This document shows positions 13,366 to 25,488 of a stretch of DNA of 64,000 nt, piece after piece; within the stretch, counting starts at the first letter, position 1, and every line of letters begins with the position of its first letter. This DNA comes from Octopus vulgaris (Eukaryota). The notes beneath the pieces were generated by a model. The model did no database searches. It saw nothing but the letters and a program-made list of their open reading frames with translations, and was not told where the DNA came from. The position numbers and the translations under genes were made by a program. The DNA lies in NCBI GenBank assembly GCA_951406725.2, contig OX597830.1:53878001-53942000 (forward strand), written 5' to 3'.

Positions 13366-13604
13366 CGGATCTGGCCAGTTTAGAACCCTTCAATATTATT
13401 CTAAAAATAAACAACCACATCATCAAAATCTCAAAAAATAAGTATTACTGTGGGATTAAGAAGCAAACTTCTTAACCACTCAGCCATGTCTGTAATACGA
13501 CATATAATTCATGACTTTCTTTGTTATATTCCTTTTAAGGCAGCCTTTTGTTGCTGTTTTTGCAGATCAAATAGCCAGGTAGAAGCTCCTTCTTTGGTTT
13601 ATAT

Positions 13605-13944
13605 GGGTAATTGTGCGGTCTTCGTCCCAGTGGGAGAAGTCCGAAACGTGGTCCTTTGCTATTCGTAAGACCCGCAGAAGAGAAAGCAGGTCAACCCCCG
13701 ACACCGAGAGCATCGATGGATGGATGGATGAATGCGCATCCAGGCTCAGCGGTTGCATAGGAAGTCGGGGACAAGAAACAGGAAGAAAGAGTGAGAGAAA
13801 GAGTACAACAGGGGTCGCCACCACCCCCTGTCGGAGCCTCGTGGAGCTTTTGGTGTTTTCACACAATGCCCGGTCTGGTAATCGAAACCGCGATCCTCCG
13901 ACCGCGAGTCCGCTGCCCTAACCACTGAGCCATTGCACCTCCAC
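13605..13944 (-). mobile_element. SINE family C, tail variant C
   Basis: Same tRNA head and ctttctctcactctt body as the other family C copies, but an unrelated 3' half. Confidence 0.8.
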
Positions 13945-14219
13945 TGTTGAAGCTGTTTAGTGAAGTGATTATGTTATGTTATGTAGCCCCAAGCCATTTC
14001 TGTCTGAGCCAGGTCTAAGATTAAAGTGTTCCAGCTGTGTCTATCGCACATTTTATTTTTCAGATAATATATCACTATGACTATGTTGTCTAATGTGAAC
14101 TGCCTTTCTAAGATGGTAGGGTGATGCTGTTACCATAGTTGTTGTTGAAATTAATACAGTTGTTACTAATGCTGTTGTTGTTATTGGTGTTGATGTTACT
14201 TATGATGGTATTGTTATTG

Positions 14220-15210
14220 TCATTAGCAGAATCATTAGTGTGCTGGACAAAATGCGTGGCAGCACTTTATCCATCTTTACGCTCCAAGTTCAAATGCTGT
14301 CAAGGTTACCTTTGCCTTTCATCCTTTTTGGGAGTTGATGAAATAAGAACCAGTTGAGAACTGGGGTTGCCTCCTGCCCCAAAAGGTTTAGGCCTTGTGC
14401 CTATTATAGAAAGAATTATTATTATGATCGTTATTATTGTTATTATTATTAAGGCAACGAACTGGTAGAATCATTAGCATGCTGAGTAAAATGCTGAGTG
14501 GCATTTTGTCCATTTTTATGTTCTGAGATCAAATTCTACCGAGATTGATTGTAACTTTCATCCTTGCAGAGTCGATAAAATAAGCACCAGCTGAGTACTG
14601 GGGTTGATGTAATCGACTTATTACCTCTCCCAAAATTGTTGGTCTTGTGCCAAAATTCGAAGTCATTATTAGAATACTTGTTTCTTTATTGCCCACAAGG
14701 GGCTAAACATAGAGGGAACAAACAAGGACAGACAAAGGTATTAAGTCGATTACATCGACCCCAGTGCGTAACTGATACTTAATTTATCGACCCCGAAAGA
14801 ATGAAAGGCAAAGTTGACCTCGGCGGAATTTGAACTCAAAACGTAACAGCAGATGAAATACTGCTAAGCATTTCGCCCGGCATGCTAACGATTCTGGCAG
14901 CACGCCGCCAAGTCGTTATTAGAATACTGCCAGGTTGACTTTGCCTTTCATATTTATGGGGTTGATGAAATAAGTACCAGTTGAACACTGGGGTCAATAT
15001 AATTGACTAGCCCCTTCTCCCAAAATTTCAGGCCTTGTGCCTATGGGCGAAAGGATTGGCATTATTGTTGTTGTTGTTGAGTATGAATACTGCCAAGGTG
15101 AACTTTGTTTTTCATCCTTTCAGGGTTGATAAAATAAAATATAAGTCAGAAACAAGGATGGATATAATTCACTATCCCTCAAAATTACTGGCCCTGTGCT
15201 CAAAATTTAT
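14220..15210. mobile_element. Cluster of five SINE family B copies, including a young minus-strand copy at 14679-14908
   Basis: Repeated central motif; the young copy is flanked by ~19-bp TSD aagtc(a/g)ttattagaatact. Confidence 0.85.
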
Positions 15211-15239
15211 TCTTATTATAATGAGTTTTTATTTGTTTG

Positions 15240-15780
15240 GTGGCTGTAGCAGTTTGGTGGACTCATCTGAAAAGGCTAAAGTCAGACACTTTCCTCTTTG
15301 GAACAAGCCCTCATCAACTTTTTCAAGTTTCCCTTGAAAAGGAAGTTGAGGGTGGAGAGGCAAGTTTGTTGAAAGGTGGGTGAATGTTGGAAGAACGGCC
15401 AGTGTGAAAGGACCAATTCTGAGCAAACACATGTGAGAAATAAAAGAAGGGCTCTTGTCTTGTTGATCAGGCACCCATGGCTTTTGTGGGTTTTTCTATG
15501 AGGACTTTAAAGCACCTCCCATATTGGGAATTTTAATTTGTTTAATCTTTGTGGTGTTAGTAGTGTTATGGGCTGTGGTGGAGCTATGTGATGTTGGTGG
15601 AGGGGATTGCAGATGAGGTGGATGGAAGTAAGGCAGGAAGCACATGTGACAATCTTTTATTATTATATATTGTTTACATGCTGTAAAACCCTTTGTCTTG
15701 TTTTGTGTTGTCTTTTATGTCTGTGCCATGTCATTTAATGTTATTGTATGTGAGCTCTTGTGGCTAATAAAAGAATTGAT
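15240..15780 (+). mobile_element. L1/Tx1-clade LINE 3' end and 3' UTR
   Basis: ALINFFKFPLKRKLRVER...RWVNVGRTA; ends gagctcttgtggctaataaaagaa. Confidence 0.6.
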
Positions 15781-15959
15781 TATGATTATCATTATTATGA
15801 TTGTCATTGAGTTCAATTTTCATTGAGGTCAACTGTGCCTTTTATCCTTACAGGGTTGATGAAATAAAGTACCAGTCGAGTGTTAAGGTTGATGTAATCA
15901 ATTTGTTCCTCTCCCACAGAACTGCTGGCCTTGGGCCAAATTTGATGGAATTGTTATTT

Positions 15960-15961
15960 TT

Positions 15962-15996
<35 letters not shown>

Positions 15997-16057
15997 GGTG
16001 GTGGTGGTGGTGGTGGCGGTGGTGGCGGTGGTGGTTGTGGTGGTGGTGGTGGTAGTT

Positions 16058-16089
<32 letters not shown>

Positions 16090-16290
16090 TGTTGTTGTTA
16101 TTGTTAGTGTTTTCATTACTCCTGATATTGTTGCTGTTGTTGTCGTTGTTACTGCTGCTGGTGCTGCTGTTCCTCTTTGTAATTGCTTTTGTTGTTGTTG
16201 ACGTTTGTCTTGTTGTTGCTGTTACTGTTGTTATTGCTTCTGTTGTTGATGTTGATGTTAATGTTGTTGTTATTAATATTGCTGTTATTG
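15960..16290. repeat. GTA/GTG/GTT trinucleotide repeat
   Basis: Direct reading. Confidence 0.9.
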
Positions 16291-16512
16291 ATGTTTCACT
16301 TTATGCCTGATGCAGACATATTTTGTACAGGAAGTGGGGGCGTGGGGGTAGAAGAAGAGGATTTGTGGGGAGGTCAAAGAATGGAGAGGGAGAGTTCTGT
16401 ATGTTAATCTCAATAACAGACAGATTTGCTGAGATTATCTTCCCCAATATCTTATACATAGTGTGTGTCTGTGGATGTATATCTTTAAACACAAATATAT
16501 TCATGCATATTA

Positions 16513-16835
16513 CTCTTTTACTTGTTTCAGTTACTTGACAGCCATGCTGGAGCACTACCTTTAGTTCAACAAATTGACCCCAGGACTTATTCTATTGGAG
16601 TCTTTTGCTGAAATGCTTAGTTACAGGGGATGTAAACACACCAGCATCAGTTGTCAGGCAATGGTGGTAGGATAAACACAGACACACAAATACACAGATA
16701 CAGACACATACACACACGACAGGCTTCTTTCAGTTTCCGTCTACTAAATCCACTCACAAGGCTTTGGTTGGCCCAAGGCTATAGTAGAAGACACTTGCCC
16801 AAGGTGCCATGCAGTGGGACTGAACCCGGAACCAT
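16513..16835 (-). mobile_element. SINE family A, 5'-truncated
   Basis: Reverse complement match to family A. Confidence 0.85.
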
Positions 16836-16881
16836 TCCTGAGTCTATACACAGCCACTCCATGCTGCATCTCAGCACAGAG

Positions 16882-16935
16882 TTTTGTCAGTGAACAGGTC
16901 ACGGTCTCAAAGGGACGAAAATATTTTGACAAATT
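16882..16935 (+). ncRNA. Minimal type I hammerhead-like fold with G3:C8 core, in a ~140-bp repeat (to ~17016)
   Basis: tttgtca-GTGAACA-G-GTCac ggtctcaaa ggGAC-GAAA-ATATTT-tgacaaa: stems I, II and III all present. Confidence 0.6.
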
Positions 16936-17446
16936 AAATTTAATTGTTGAAGTGAATCTAACGGTTTTTGTGTGTTTCTTAAATGGCTTATAAACACCTT
17001 CCACACTGCAATTGTTGTATTATGAATACTTATTGATTTATTAAACAAGCATTCTACACTCGATGAACTTTCTTAGAAGAAATTGTCAGACAAGGTCAGT
17101 GATTTTATTTGGAAAAAACCAAGTTGAGTATATTTATTTTCACAATTTACCCAGCACAACCCTTAAAGAAGTAAATAGTATTTTCCTAAACAATAGATCC
17201 ACTTATTTCTGTTAGTGACTTACTCATGAATATATCATGAATGATGACATACCATTACCCACACACCCACACACAGCACTATATGAGTAGCCACACACAC
17301 ACACATACATATACACACACAAATGCATACATACATGCACACACACACACACACGAAATAGCATCAACAAGAATGGAGAATGTCACATCTTTATATCTTA
17401 TTTGAGGATTACATCATACAAGGCCAACAGTCATGTGTGTGTGTGC

Positions 17447-17488
<42 letters not shown>

Positions 17489-17549
17489 GTATGTTAGTAT
17501 CAAAAGTTAAAATAGAACTCAAAATATGCGTATATGTATATTTATATTA

Positions 17550-17633
17550 ATATTTTGCAGAAGTAACATTTTGATAAGTGCCAACACACAAAACTCTTGG
17601 ACCTTGAGTTACTCTGTTCTTTCTGCAAAATAT
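17550..17633 (+). ncRNA. Degenerate type I hammerhead-like fold with U3:A8 core
   Basis: atattttgcagaa...TTGATAA-GTG ccaaca CAC-aAAA-CTC...GAG-TT...ttctgcaaaatat; G12 is replaced by A at a CpG. Confidence 0.45.
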
Positions 17634-17671
17634 AAATAAATATGTATATATGTGTGTGTGTGTGTGTGTGA

Positions 17672-18000
17672 AGGTACCTGGCTCAGTGGTTAGTATTTTG
17701 TGCTTATAATCATGAAGTTTGAGTTCAATTCCTGGATCAGGCTGTGTATTGTGTTCTTGAGCAAAACGCTTAATTTCATGTTGCTCCAGTTCACTCAGCT
17801 GTAGAAATGAGTTGCAACATCACTGGTACCAAGTTGTATCAGCCTTTACCTTTCTCTTGAACAATATTGGTGGTGTGGAGAAGAGAGACTGGTATGCATG
17901 GATGACTACTGGTCTTCCACAAACAGCCTTGCTTTGGAGGGGAACTTTCTATGTACAATACCATGGTTGATCATATCTAATGGGGATCTTTACCCTTACA
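17672..18000 (+). mobile_element. tRNA-derived SINE family D
   Basis: tggctcagtggttag A box, gagttcaattcc B box, tgtgttcttgagcaa...ccagttcactcagctgtagaaatgag; second copy at 44525-44830. Confidence 0.75.
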
Positions 18001-18044
18001 CACACACACATCTATACAGGTATGAATACGTACATACATACATG

Positions 18045-18597
18045 GTGGCTGCCCCCTCGTTATCGAGTATGGCCATTGCACGAAGCTTAATCAATGTTGT
18101 TATCGTGCAATGCCTGTGCAAGAAGATTTTTTTTAAAGTGAGGAAAGGCTGTGCACTGAGTCAATCCCACTCACTAAGCAACAGCAGCCATAATCCGAAA
18201 AGAAGAACAAGTGAACATCATCAGTAACCACTGAGCTGCAGGTTTTATGTCGGAGTTATCCCAGTTACCTGAGTTACCTTCTCCTAGAAGGATGCCCTAA
18301 CAAAGGCTAGGAGTCCTTCACTCCCAATGGTTTAACTGCGCGATTGGGTATTCAGTCCGATTATTTCTATGTCCCCGCGCATGATACAGCCTTAAGACAT
18401 TTATTGGATGGCCGTTGACTCTCAAGAGTTCCTCCGCCCTTTGACGGATTCTATTTTTAATCCTGCAGGGTGTCCAATAAACACCCTCCTCACCAAGCAA
18501 ACTTGGTGGGGTTGCCAGTTTAGTTGCTGCGACCCGACCATGCAACAGGTTGTACTGGGTAACATGTTACCAGTAGCACTCAAAAGTGACCTGACAT
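18045..18597 (-). mobile_element. ~550-bp non-autonomous element resembling an RTE 5' UTR plus tail
   Basis: GC/CpG-rich island with sharp edges; ggtaacatg and ctggcaaccccacc...ggtgaggagggtg motifs recall RTE 5' UTRs; no ORF. Confidence 0.55.
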
Positions 18598-18599
18598 AA

Positions 18600-18800
18600 A
18601 ATGAAGTGAAGTGAAGTGAAACGAAACGAAACGAAACGAAACGACGCGAAGCGAAACGAAACGAAATGAAAAACGAAACGAAACGAAACGGAACGGAACG
18701 GAATGGAACGGAACGGAACGTTTGATATACATCCACACTAATAAAATAAAATGAAATAAAATAAATAAAATGAAATAAATAAAATAAAATAAAATAAAAT
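18600..18800. repeat. Graded pentanucleotide array GAAGT > GAAAC > GGAAC > AAAAT
   Basis: Direct reading. Confidence 0.9.
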
Positions 18801-18917
18801 TTAATTTTTAAAAAAAGAGTAAAGCTTAATAACATAGCCTGGAAAAAACATGGATTACATGGAAAAATGTGAGCAAGAGAAATAATATTCTTAAGATTAT
18901 TAAAACCTGGAAAATTA

Positions 18918-19630
18918 CAGGACAAGTTATTACACTTGGAAAAGTACAGAACAAGAAAATTTTTATTTAAAATATTGCAGCTAAGGATAAAATCTGAATA
19001 TTAAAAATTATTTGATTTTAACTTACAAAGTGACATTATAATTAAAAAAGGTACCATGATTTTGTTAAAATATTGACACACACTAGAATACTTAAAAAAT
19101 GATAGCCAGAAGTACCAAAATGGCTAAAGTTTTATGCAAAGTAGAATAGTATATATGTATATATTCTTTATGAAAAAAATAGGCATTGGGTCAAGACTAA
19201 AAATGTGAAGACTTGGCAATAACTTAGGCAATAATTCAAGCAAATCTTACTGTGAATTTGTTGTTATAGGTAGATTTTACGATAATATATCACTAATTTT
19301 TGTATTATTCTATTTATTGTACTAACTAATTATGTGCTACTATTATTTTTTGTAACCTATTTTCAAATTTCTAATTATTAATTAATAATTAAAAAATGAA
19401 TTTTTCTAAAGTGCAAAAAATAGTTTCAGTTATTTTTTTTATTTTTAAGAGAAGTAACAAATAATAACAAATAGAAGTGTGGCTCCTGATCTTAATAAAA
19501 TTTTTAGTTTTAATAAAAGCTAATATTTTCTAAATCTAAATATTTTATTTGAAATTTTATCCCTTAGCTGCAATATTTTAAGTAAAAATTTTCTTGTTCT
19601 GTACTTTACCAGATGTAATGAGTTGTCCTG
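18918..19630. mobile_element. AT-rich MITE with ~70-80-bp TIRs (Tc1/mariner-type likely)
   Basis: caggacaagttattaca...agtacagaacaagaaaattttta.ttaaaatattgcagctaagg is mirrored at ~19555-19630; flanks ta / ca. Confidence 0.75.
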
Positions 19631-19691
19631 CAATTATTTCTCTTGCTTGCATTTTACATTGTAATATAAGTTAAACATTTTAACTACACAC

Positions 19692-19738
<47 letters not shown>

Positions 19739-20103
19739 TACACAGACAAATGCACACGCACACAGAGACACACATATACACACACTCTCTCTCTCTCTAT
19801 ACATATATATGAATATGTGTGTGTGTGTGTGTGTATATGTATATATGAATATGTGTATACACACACACACACATATATATATATATACACATATATAAAC
19901 ATATATATATATATATGTGTGTGTGTGCATGCACATATGTCTGTCTTTGTATGAATGTTTACTTTCTGTGATTTCCCATTAATCGTTGACCTATGGACAG
20001 TGGCTTTTATTGATACTTCTGAATGTACGTGCTTTGACTTACATATGCTTAAACAAACATATCACATGTATGTCTAGCATATAGGTATATACACATATAT
20101 ATA

Positions 20104-20259
<156 letters not shown>

Positions 20260-20391
20260 AGCAGTGATTATATACTAGACTTCTAGAAGGTTTTATATAT
20301 TTTTACATGAAAGGTTTTAGCGTTATGTTTTCCTCATTAATCTGTTTTGTGAAGCCTAGCTTCTCAAGATTGGTTATTATGGCAGTTAATT

Positions 20392-20858
20392 GTCTTGGTA
20401 TAAAAGATGGGCTACAGCAAATATTCTGTTCAATATCACAGATGTACGTGTCATTTGTTTGACCGTAACCAGTTGAACATATCATGAGACACTAAGGGTG
20501 GCTAACGATATGTGCATCTCTGATCACGAACAGAAGTAGTGGGGGAGCATTATAACCACATGTTGAGAGGAATTCTTTGGGGTTTGGATAATTCACCTCT
20601 GGAAACATGGGTGTTTTGTTCATCATACTTAAAACAGACCTTATTCAGGGGCCTCTTGTGTGGGATGGGCTACTTGACCTGAAGAAAATTCTAACATGTG
20701 CTGTTTATCTTGATATACAGTCATCAAGTTGTGCACATATGATTGTGATGTGTGTGCCTGGTGTACCCTTATCGGATGGGTAGTCATGATGGGTATATTA
20801 AACTTCGTATATTTGTACCCCGGTTCACTTTGATAGCAAATGCTGCTCTCTCTCACTC
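20392..20858 (+). mobile_element. Copy of the ~550-bp TAA-associated element, one end truncated
   Basis: Reverse complement of 3972-4445; ends ctctctcactcaataataataat. Confidence 0.8.
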
Positions 20859-20874
20859 AATAATAATAATAGTT

Positions 20875-21268
20875 TCAAATTTTGGAACAAGGCCAGCAAT
20901 TTGGGGATGGGAATAAGTCAAAAGGATGAAAGGCAAAATCAACCTCAGCGGAATTCAAATTCAAAATGTAGGAATGGATAAAATACTGCTAAGCATTTTG
21001 CCCAGTGTGCTAATGATTCTGCCAGCTTGCCACCTTAAATAATGATGATAATAATAATAATCCTTTCAACTATAGGGACAAGGCCTGAAATTTTGGGGGA
21101 GAGGACAGTTGATTGACCCCAGTATACAACTGATACTTGATTTATTGACCCCGAAAGGATGAAAAGCAAAGTCGACCTCAGCGGAATTTGAACTCAGAAC
21201 GTAAAGACAGATGAAATGCTGCTAAGTATTTTGCCTGGCATGCCAACGTTTCTGCCAGCTCACCACCT
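20875..21268 (-). mobile_element. Two tandem SINE family B copies (tail type 1)
   Basis: aaggatgaaa(g/a)gcaaa..c.acctcagcggaatt motif occurs twice, separated by TAA repeats. Confidence 0.85.
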
Positions 21269-21302
21269 AATAATAATAATAATAATGATAATAATAATAA
21301 TG

Positions 21303-21375
<73 letters not shown>

Positions 21376-21446
21376 TAATAATAATAATTAATAATAATAA
21401 TAATAATAATTAATAATAATAATAATTAATAATAATAATAATAATA

Positions 21447-21915
21447 AATGCCCTGATGCAGTACCAGGCAGTGGCTCTTGTGGCTTCTGATCTTAACTGA
21501 TTGGAAGTGTTATCATGTACATTGTTTTGTCTTGGTATAAAAGATGGGCTACAGCAAATATTCTGCTCAATACCACAGATTTGCTTGTCAGTTGTTTGAC
21601 CTTAACCAGTTGAGCATGTCCCTTAGCGGCTGACAATATGTGCATTTCTGATCACCCGCAGAAGTAGTGGGGGAGCATCATAGCCATGTGTCGAGAGGGA
21701 TTCTTTGGGGTTTGAATAATTCACCTTTGGAAACATGGGTGTTTTGTTCAACATCCTTAAACAACCCTTATTCAGGGACCTTTTGAGCAGGATGGGGTTA
21801 ATTGACCAGAAGAAAATTTTAACTGGGCCCCACCTGCAAGGTCATGTGCTGTTTATCGTGATATGTGATCACCATGTTGCGCACATATGGTTGTGATGCA
21901 TGTGCCTAGTGTACA
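21447..21915 (+). mobile_element. Copy of the ~550-bp TAA-associated element
   Basis: Begins atgccctgatgcagtacc directly after ~180 bp of (TAA)n. Confidence 0.85.
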
Positions 21916-22862
21916 CACATTCTTTTAAACAGACTGGTGGTGTTGTAAGACAGTGTATTAGACCTCCCAACTGCTATAATTATGACAATATTCATAAAAT
22001 GTTTCTATCAATTCCAAACGCTCATCAACTTGCAAAAGATAATTTTCCTTCCATTCTCACTGAGCACCTTTCTTTTTGTTTTTGTTTTTTTGTTGGCTTT
22101 ATCTTATTATTTTATTCTTCTTCAAAGATTTTCTTTTGATATTCATTGCACTAGATTAATTAGTTGTTTAAATTAATTTCCTGGAACCATTAATTACCAT
22201 TAAATTACCAAATTTTCTTTCAGATTAAGTAAATAAACAAAAGAAAAATAATAAACCAGCAAAAAAAACCCTCCAAAAATAGGGTGAAAAGAGGAAAATA
22301 AGAGTCAAAAAAATTCCTTCATCTTAATGAATTCTCATTAAGAGCAGTAATTAAAATCACCAATGAAACAGTTAAAGAGGCTTCTGGAGTATTTAATTTA
22401 ACAAAAATTACTGTCAACTGTCTCTTGTTATATAGCAAAATAATTTTGGTTTCTTTTTAGATAATCATAAGACATGTTGTGATTTTTAGGATATGTTGTG
22501 ATGTTCATTCTTTTCCCCAAAGGGCATTAATGATGTCAAACCGTCCAACTCATGCTGGCATGGGTTGGATGGTTTGATAGGAGCTGGCTAGGTAGAAGAC
22601 TGCCCCAGGCTTTAGTGTCTGTTTTCACATGGTTAGAGTGTGGCAGAAAGACAAAAACAGGTGTCTTGCCAATCCACACCTGTCTCCAATTAAGGTAAAT
22701 ATTTCCTTGTGGCCAGACATATGACGAGGATGCTTATTTACAACTATCACACAATATCAAGATAAGAAGATGCTATCTCAAAAACACACATTTGCATACA
22801 CACATACACACACACACACACATACACAAACATATGTATGTGTGTATGAGTGTGTGTGTGTA

Positions 22863-22906
<44 letters not shown>

Positions 22907-23158
22907 GAGCTTGCTTTCAAAACCATGCAAAAATATGCATCGGGATGACTTTTGAGTAATTGTTTAAAACAATAACTTGAAAATACCTGATTTTGATTGG
23001 AAGACTAAGATTCACCTACTGTCTATGTGGCATCTGTTCCCAGCTTGACTGGAAAAAATTTCACGTGCATGAAGCCAGCAGCTTGCAGATGGTGTTTTAA
23101 TGGCTATCATGGAATTGACCAAATATGCACTTGTACCAGTTTTGAAAGCAAGCTCCTC

Positions 23159-23196
<38 letters not shown>

Positions 23197-23296
23197 CAAT
23201 TAATCAATCAATAATTATTATTCGAAATTCAACAAAAAAATATGCATAATAGGGGGCGGAGGGTATAGTCAGTCACTGGTAGATATAATTTATTAA

Positions 23297-23515
23297 CCCT
23301 TTTGATACCAACCCGGCTGAAACCACCTCTGACTCTGAGTACAAATGTCTTGTTTCCATAAGTTTTGAATTAAAATCTTCCACCAAACCTTAGTCACAAT
23401 TATGTTCCTAACACTAGCTGAATAACAACTAAGTTATTTTACTAAATTCTTGGTTATATTTAAAGTAATTGAAAGAAACACAGAGCATCTCAAAATAAAT
23501 ACAGTAACGAAAGGG
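23297..23515. mobile_element. piggyBac-type MITE
   Basis: TTAA at 23293-23296 and 23516-23519; TIRs cccttttgatac / gtaacgaaaggg. Confidence 0.85.
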
Positions 23516-23654
23516 TTAAGGCTTTCCACTCATTTCCATTTCCAGCCACCAGAAGTATTTCATTGAGTGACATCCCACAGTCTGCACAAATCATACGGTG
23601 GTAAGACATTCTTGGTCATTTCCTCTTGCACTTTCCACCTTGTAGGGTGTTAAG

Positions 23655-23935
23655 CAGCAGTCACTGATGAGATTGTTCTCTTTGCTCCTAGCCTCATGGA
23701 AGCACAGGACTACTTGGATTGTGTCATGTGAGAAGCAAAGACTGTGGGCAAGAAATAAACGAATCGAAGACAGAGTACATCATCACCCTTTAATAGAAAC
23801 ACAGAAGTCCTGGCAAATGGAAAGCAGCTATCCAGGGTTGATAAATTTACTTACCTGGCATCGATTGTACCTGATCTTTCTCCCAACTCAAACAGTGACA
23901 TCATAGACAGAAGAGCAGCATGTGGAGCAATGTTG
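23655..23935 (+). mobile_element. Old RTE/RTE-X LINE RT fragment
   Basis: TDEIVL...EAQDYLDCV..EAKTVG..INESKTEY...NGKQLSRVDKFTYLAS. Confidence 0.65.
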
Positions 23936-23994
23936 CACCTTCAACACTTATGGTCATCTGGCATCAACCCAATAACAAAGGTATTATGTGTGTG

Positions 23995-24056
<62 letters not shown>

Positions 24057-24136
24057 TTTGCATGTGTGTGTGTGTGTGTGTGAGACCAATGGTTTTGCAT
24101 CCATAAAGTGTTTAGCCTTATAGAATCTGTCAGAAT

Positions 24137-24394
24137 TCTATAAGGCGAGCTGGCAGAAAGGTGACAAGCTGGCAGAAACGTTAGCACGCCGGTTGAAATG
24201 CTTAGCGGTATTTCATCTGCAGTCAATTACATTCTGAGTTCAAATTCCGCTGAGGTTGACTTTGCCTTTCATCCTTACGAGGGCGATAAATTAAGTACCA
24301 GTTACACACTGGGGTCGATGTAATCGACTTAATCCCTTTGTCTGTCCTTGTTTGTCCCCTCTATGTTTAGCCCTTTGTGGGCAATAAAGAAATA
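24137..24394 (+). mobile_element. Young SINE family B (tail type 2) with 15-bp TSD
   Basis: TSD agaatctgtcagaat at 24122-24136 and 24395-24409. Confidence 0.9.
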
Positions 24395-24539
24395 AGAATC
24401 TGTCAGAATCCAATAGCCATGGGCATATAACCTCTTGATCCAATATAGGTAGAATCAACAAAAAAATGTATTCCATTCAGTGAGAGATAAATAGAAATTA
24501 AATTACAATATATATAATGTAATATAATCATCATCAACG

Positions 24540-24860
24540 ACATCATCATTTAGTGTCCATTTCCCATGCTGGCATGGGTCAGACAGTTTGACTGGAACTG
24601 GTGAGCCAGAGAACTTTACTGGGTTCCAGTCTAATTTGGCTTGGTTTCTATGGCTGGATGCCCTTCCTAACACCAACCACTCCAAGAGAATAGTGAATGC
24701 CTTTTATGTGTTACCAGCACCAGCTATGACTACGATTTCACTTGGTTTGACAAGTCTTTTTGAACACAGCAAATCGCCAGAGGTCTTGATCACTTGTCAT
24801 TGCCTCAGTGAGACTCAATATTCAAAGATCATGCTTCATCACCTCGTCGCATGTTCACGT
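24540..24860 (-). mobile_element. RTE-type 3' UTR/tail fragment
   Basis: catgctggcatggg and ggctggatgcccttcc motifs with (GAT)n tail, shared with the RTE LINE end at 54547; similar pieces near 22530, 33600 and 39260. Confidence 0.7.
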
Positions 24861-24982
24861 ACGTCTACCTCACATATAAAATAATATAATATAATGTAAC
24901 ATAATGTAATATAATATAATACAATATATTTTAATATAATATAACATAATATAATATAATATATATATATATAAATAAATAA

Positions 24983-25062
<80 letters not shown>

Positions 25063-25117
25063 ACACACACATGCACACATACATATGTGTATTATGTATA
25101 TGTATCTATCTGTGTGT

Positions 25118-25157
<40 letters not shown>

Positions 25158-25250
25158 CACATATATATATATATATATATACACATATATATATGAATAT
25201 AAACATACGCATATGAGTATTATGCATATGCATCTATCTGTGTGTATGTT

Positions 25251-25287
<37 letters not shown>

Positions 25288-25419
25288 GTGCATGTATGTA
25301 TATGTATGAATATAAACCATATGTATATATGCTTGTATGTATCTATATACAAGTTTTACCAAAATGACTGTAAATACGATTGTTCTTTCTATTTTTCATT
25401 ATTAACTTTATATACATAC

Positions 25420-25488
<69 letters not shown>

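Noticed and set aside
23664-23680. CTGATGA motifs (also 63578)
   Set aside because: No stem II-GAAA follows; 23664 is the ADD-equivalent codon region of an RT fragment.
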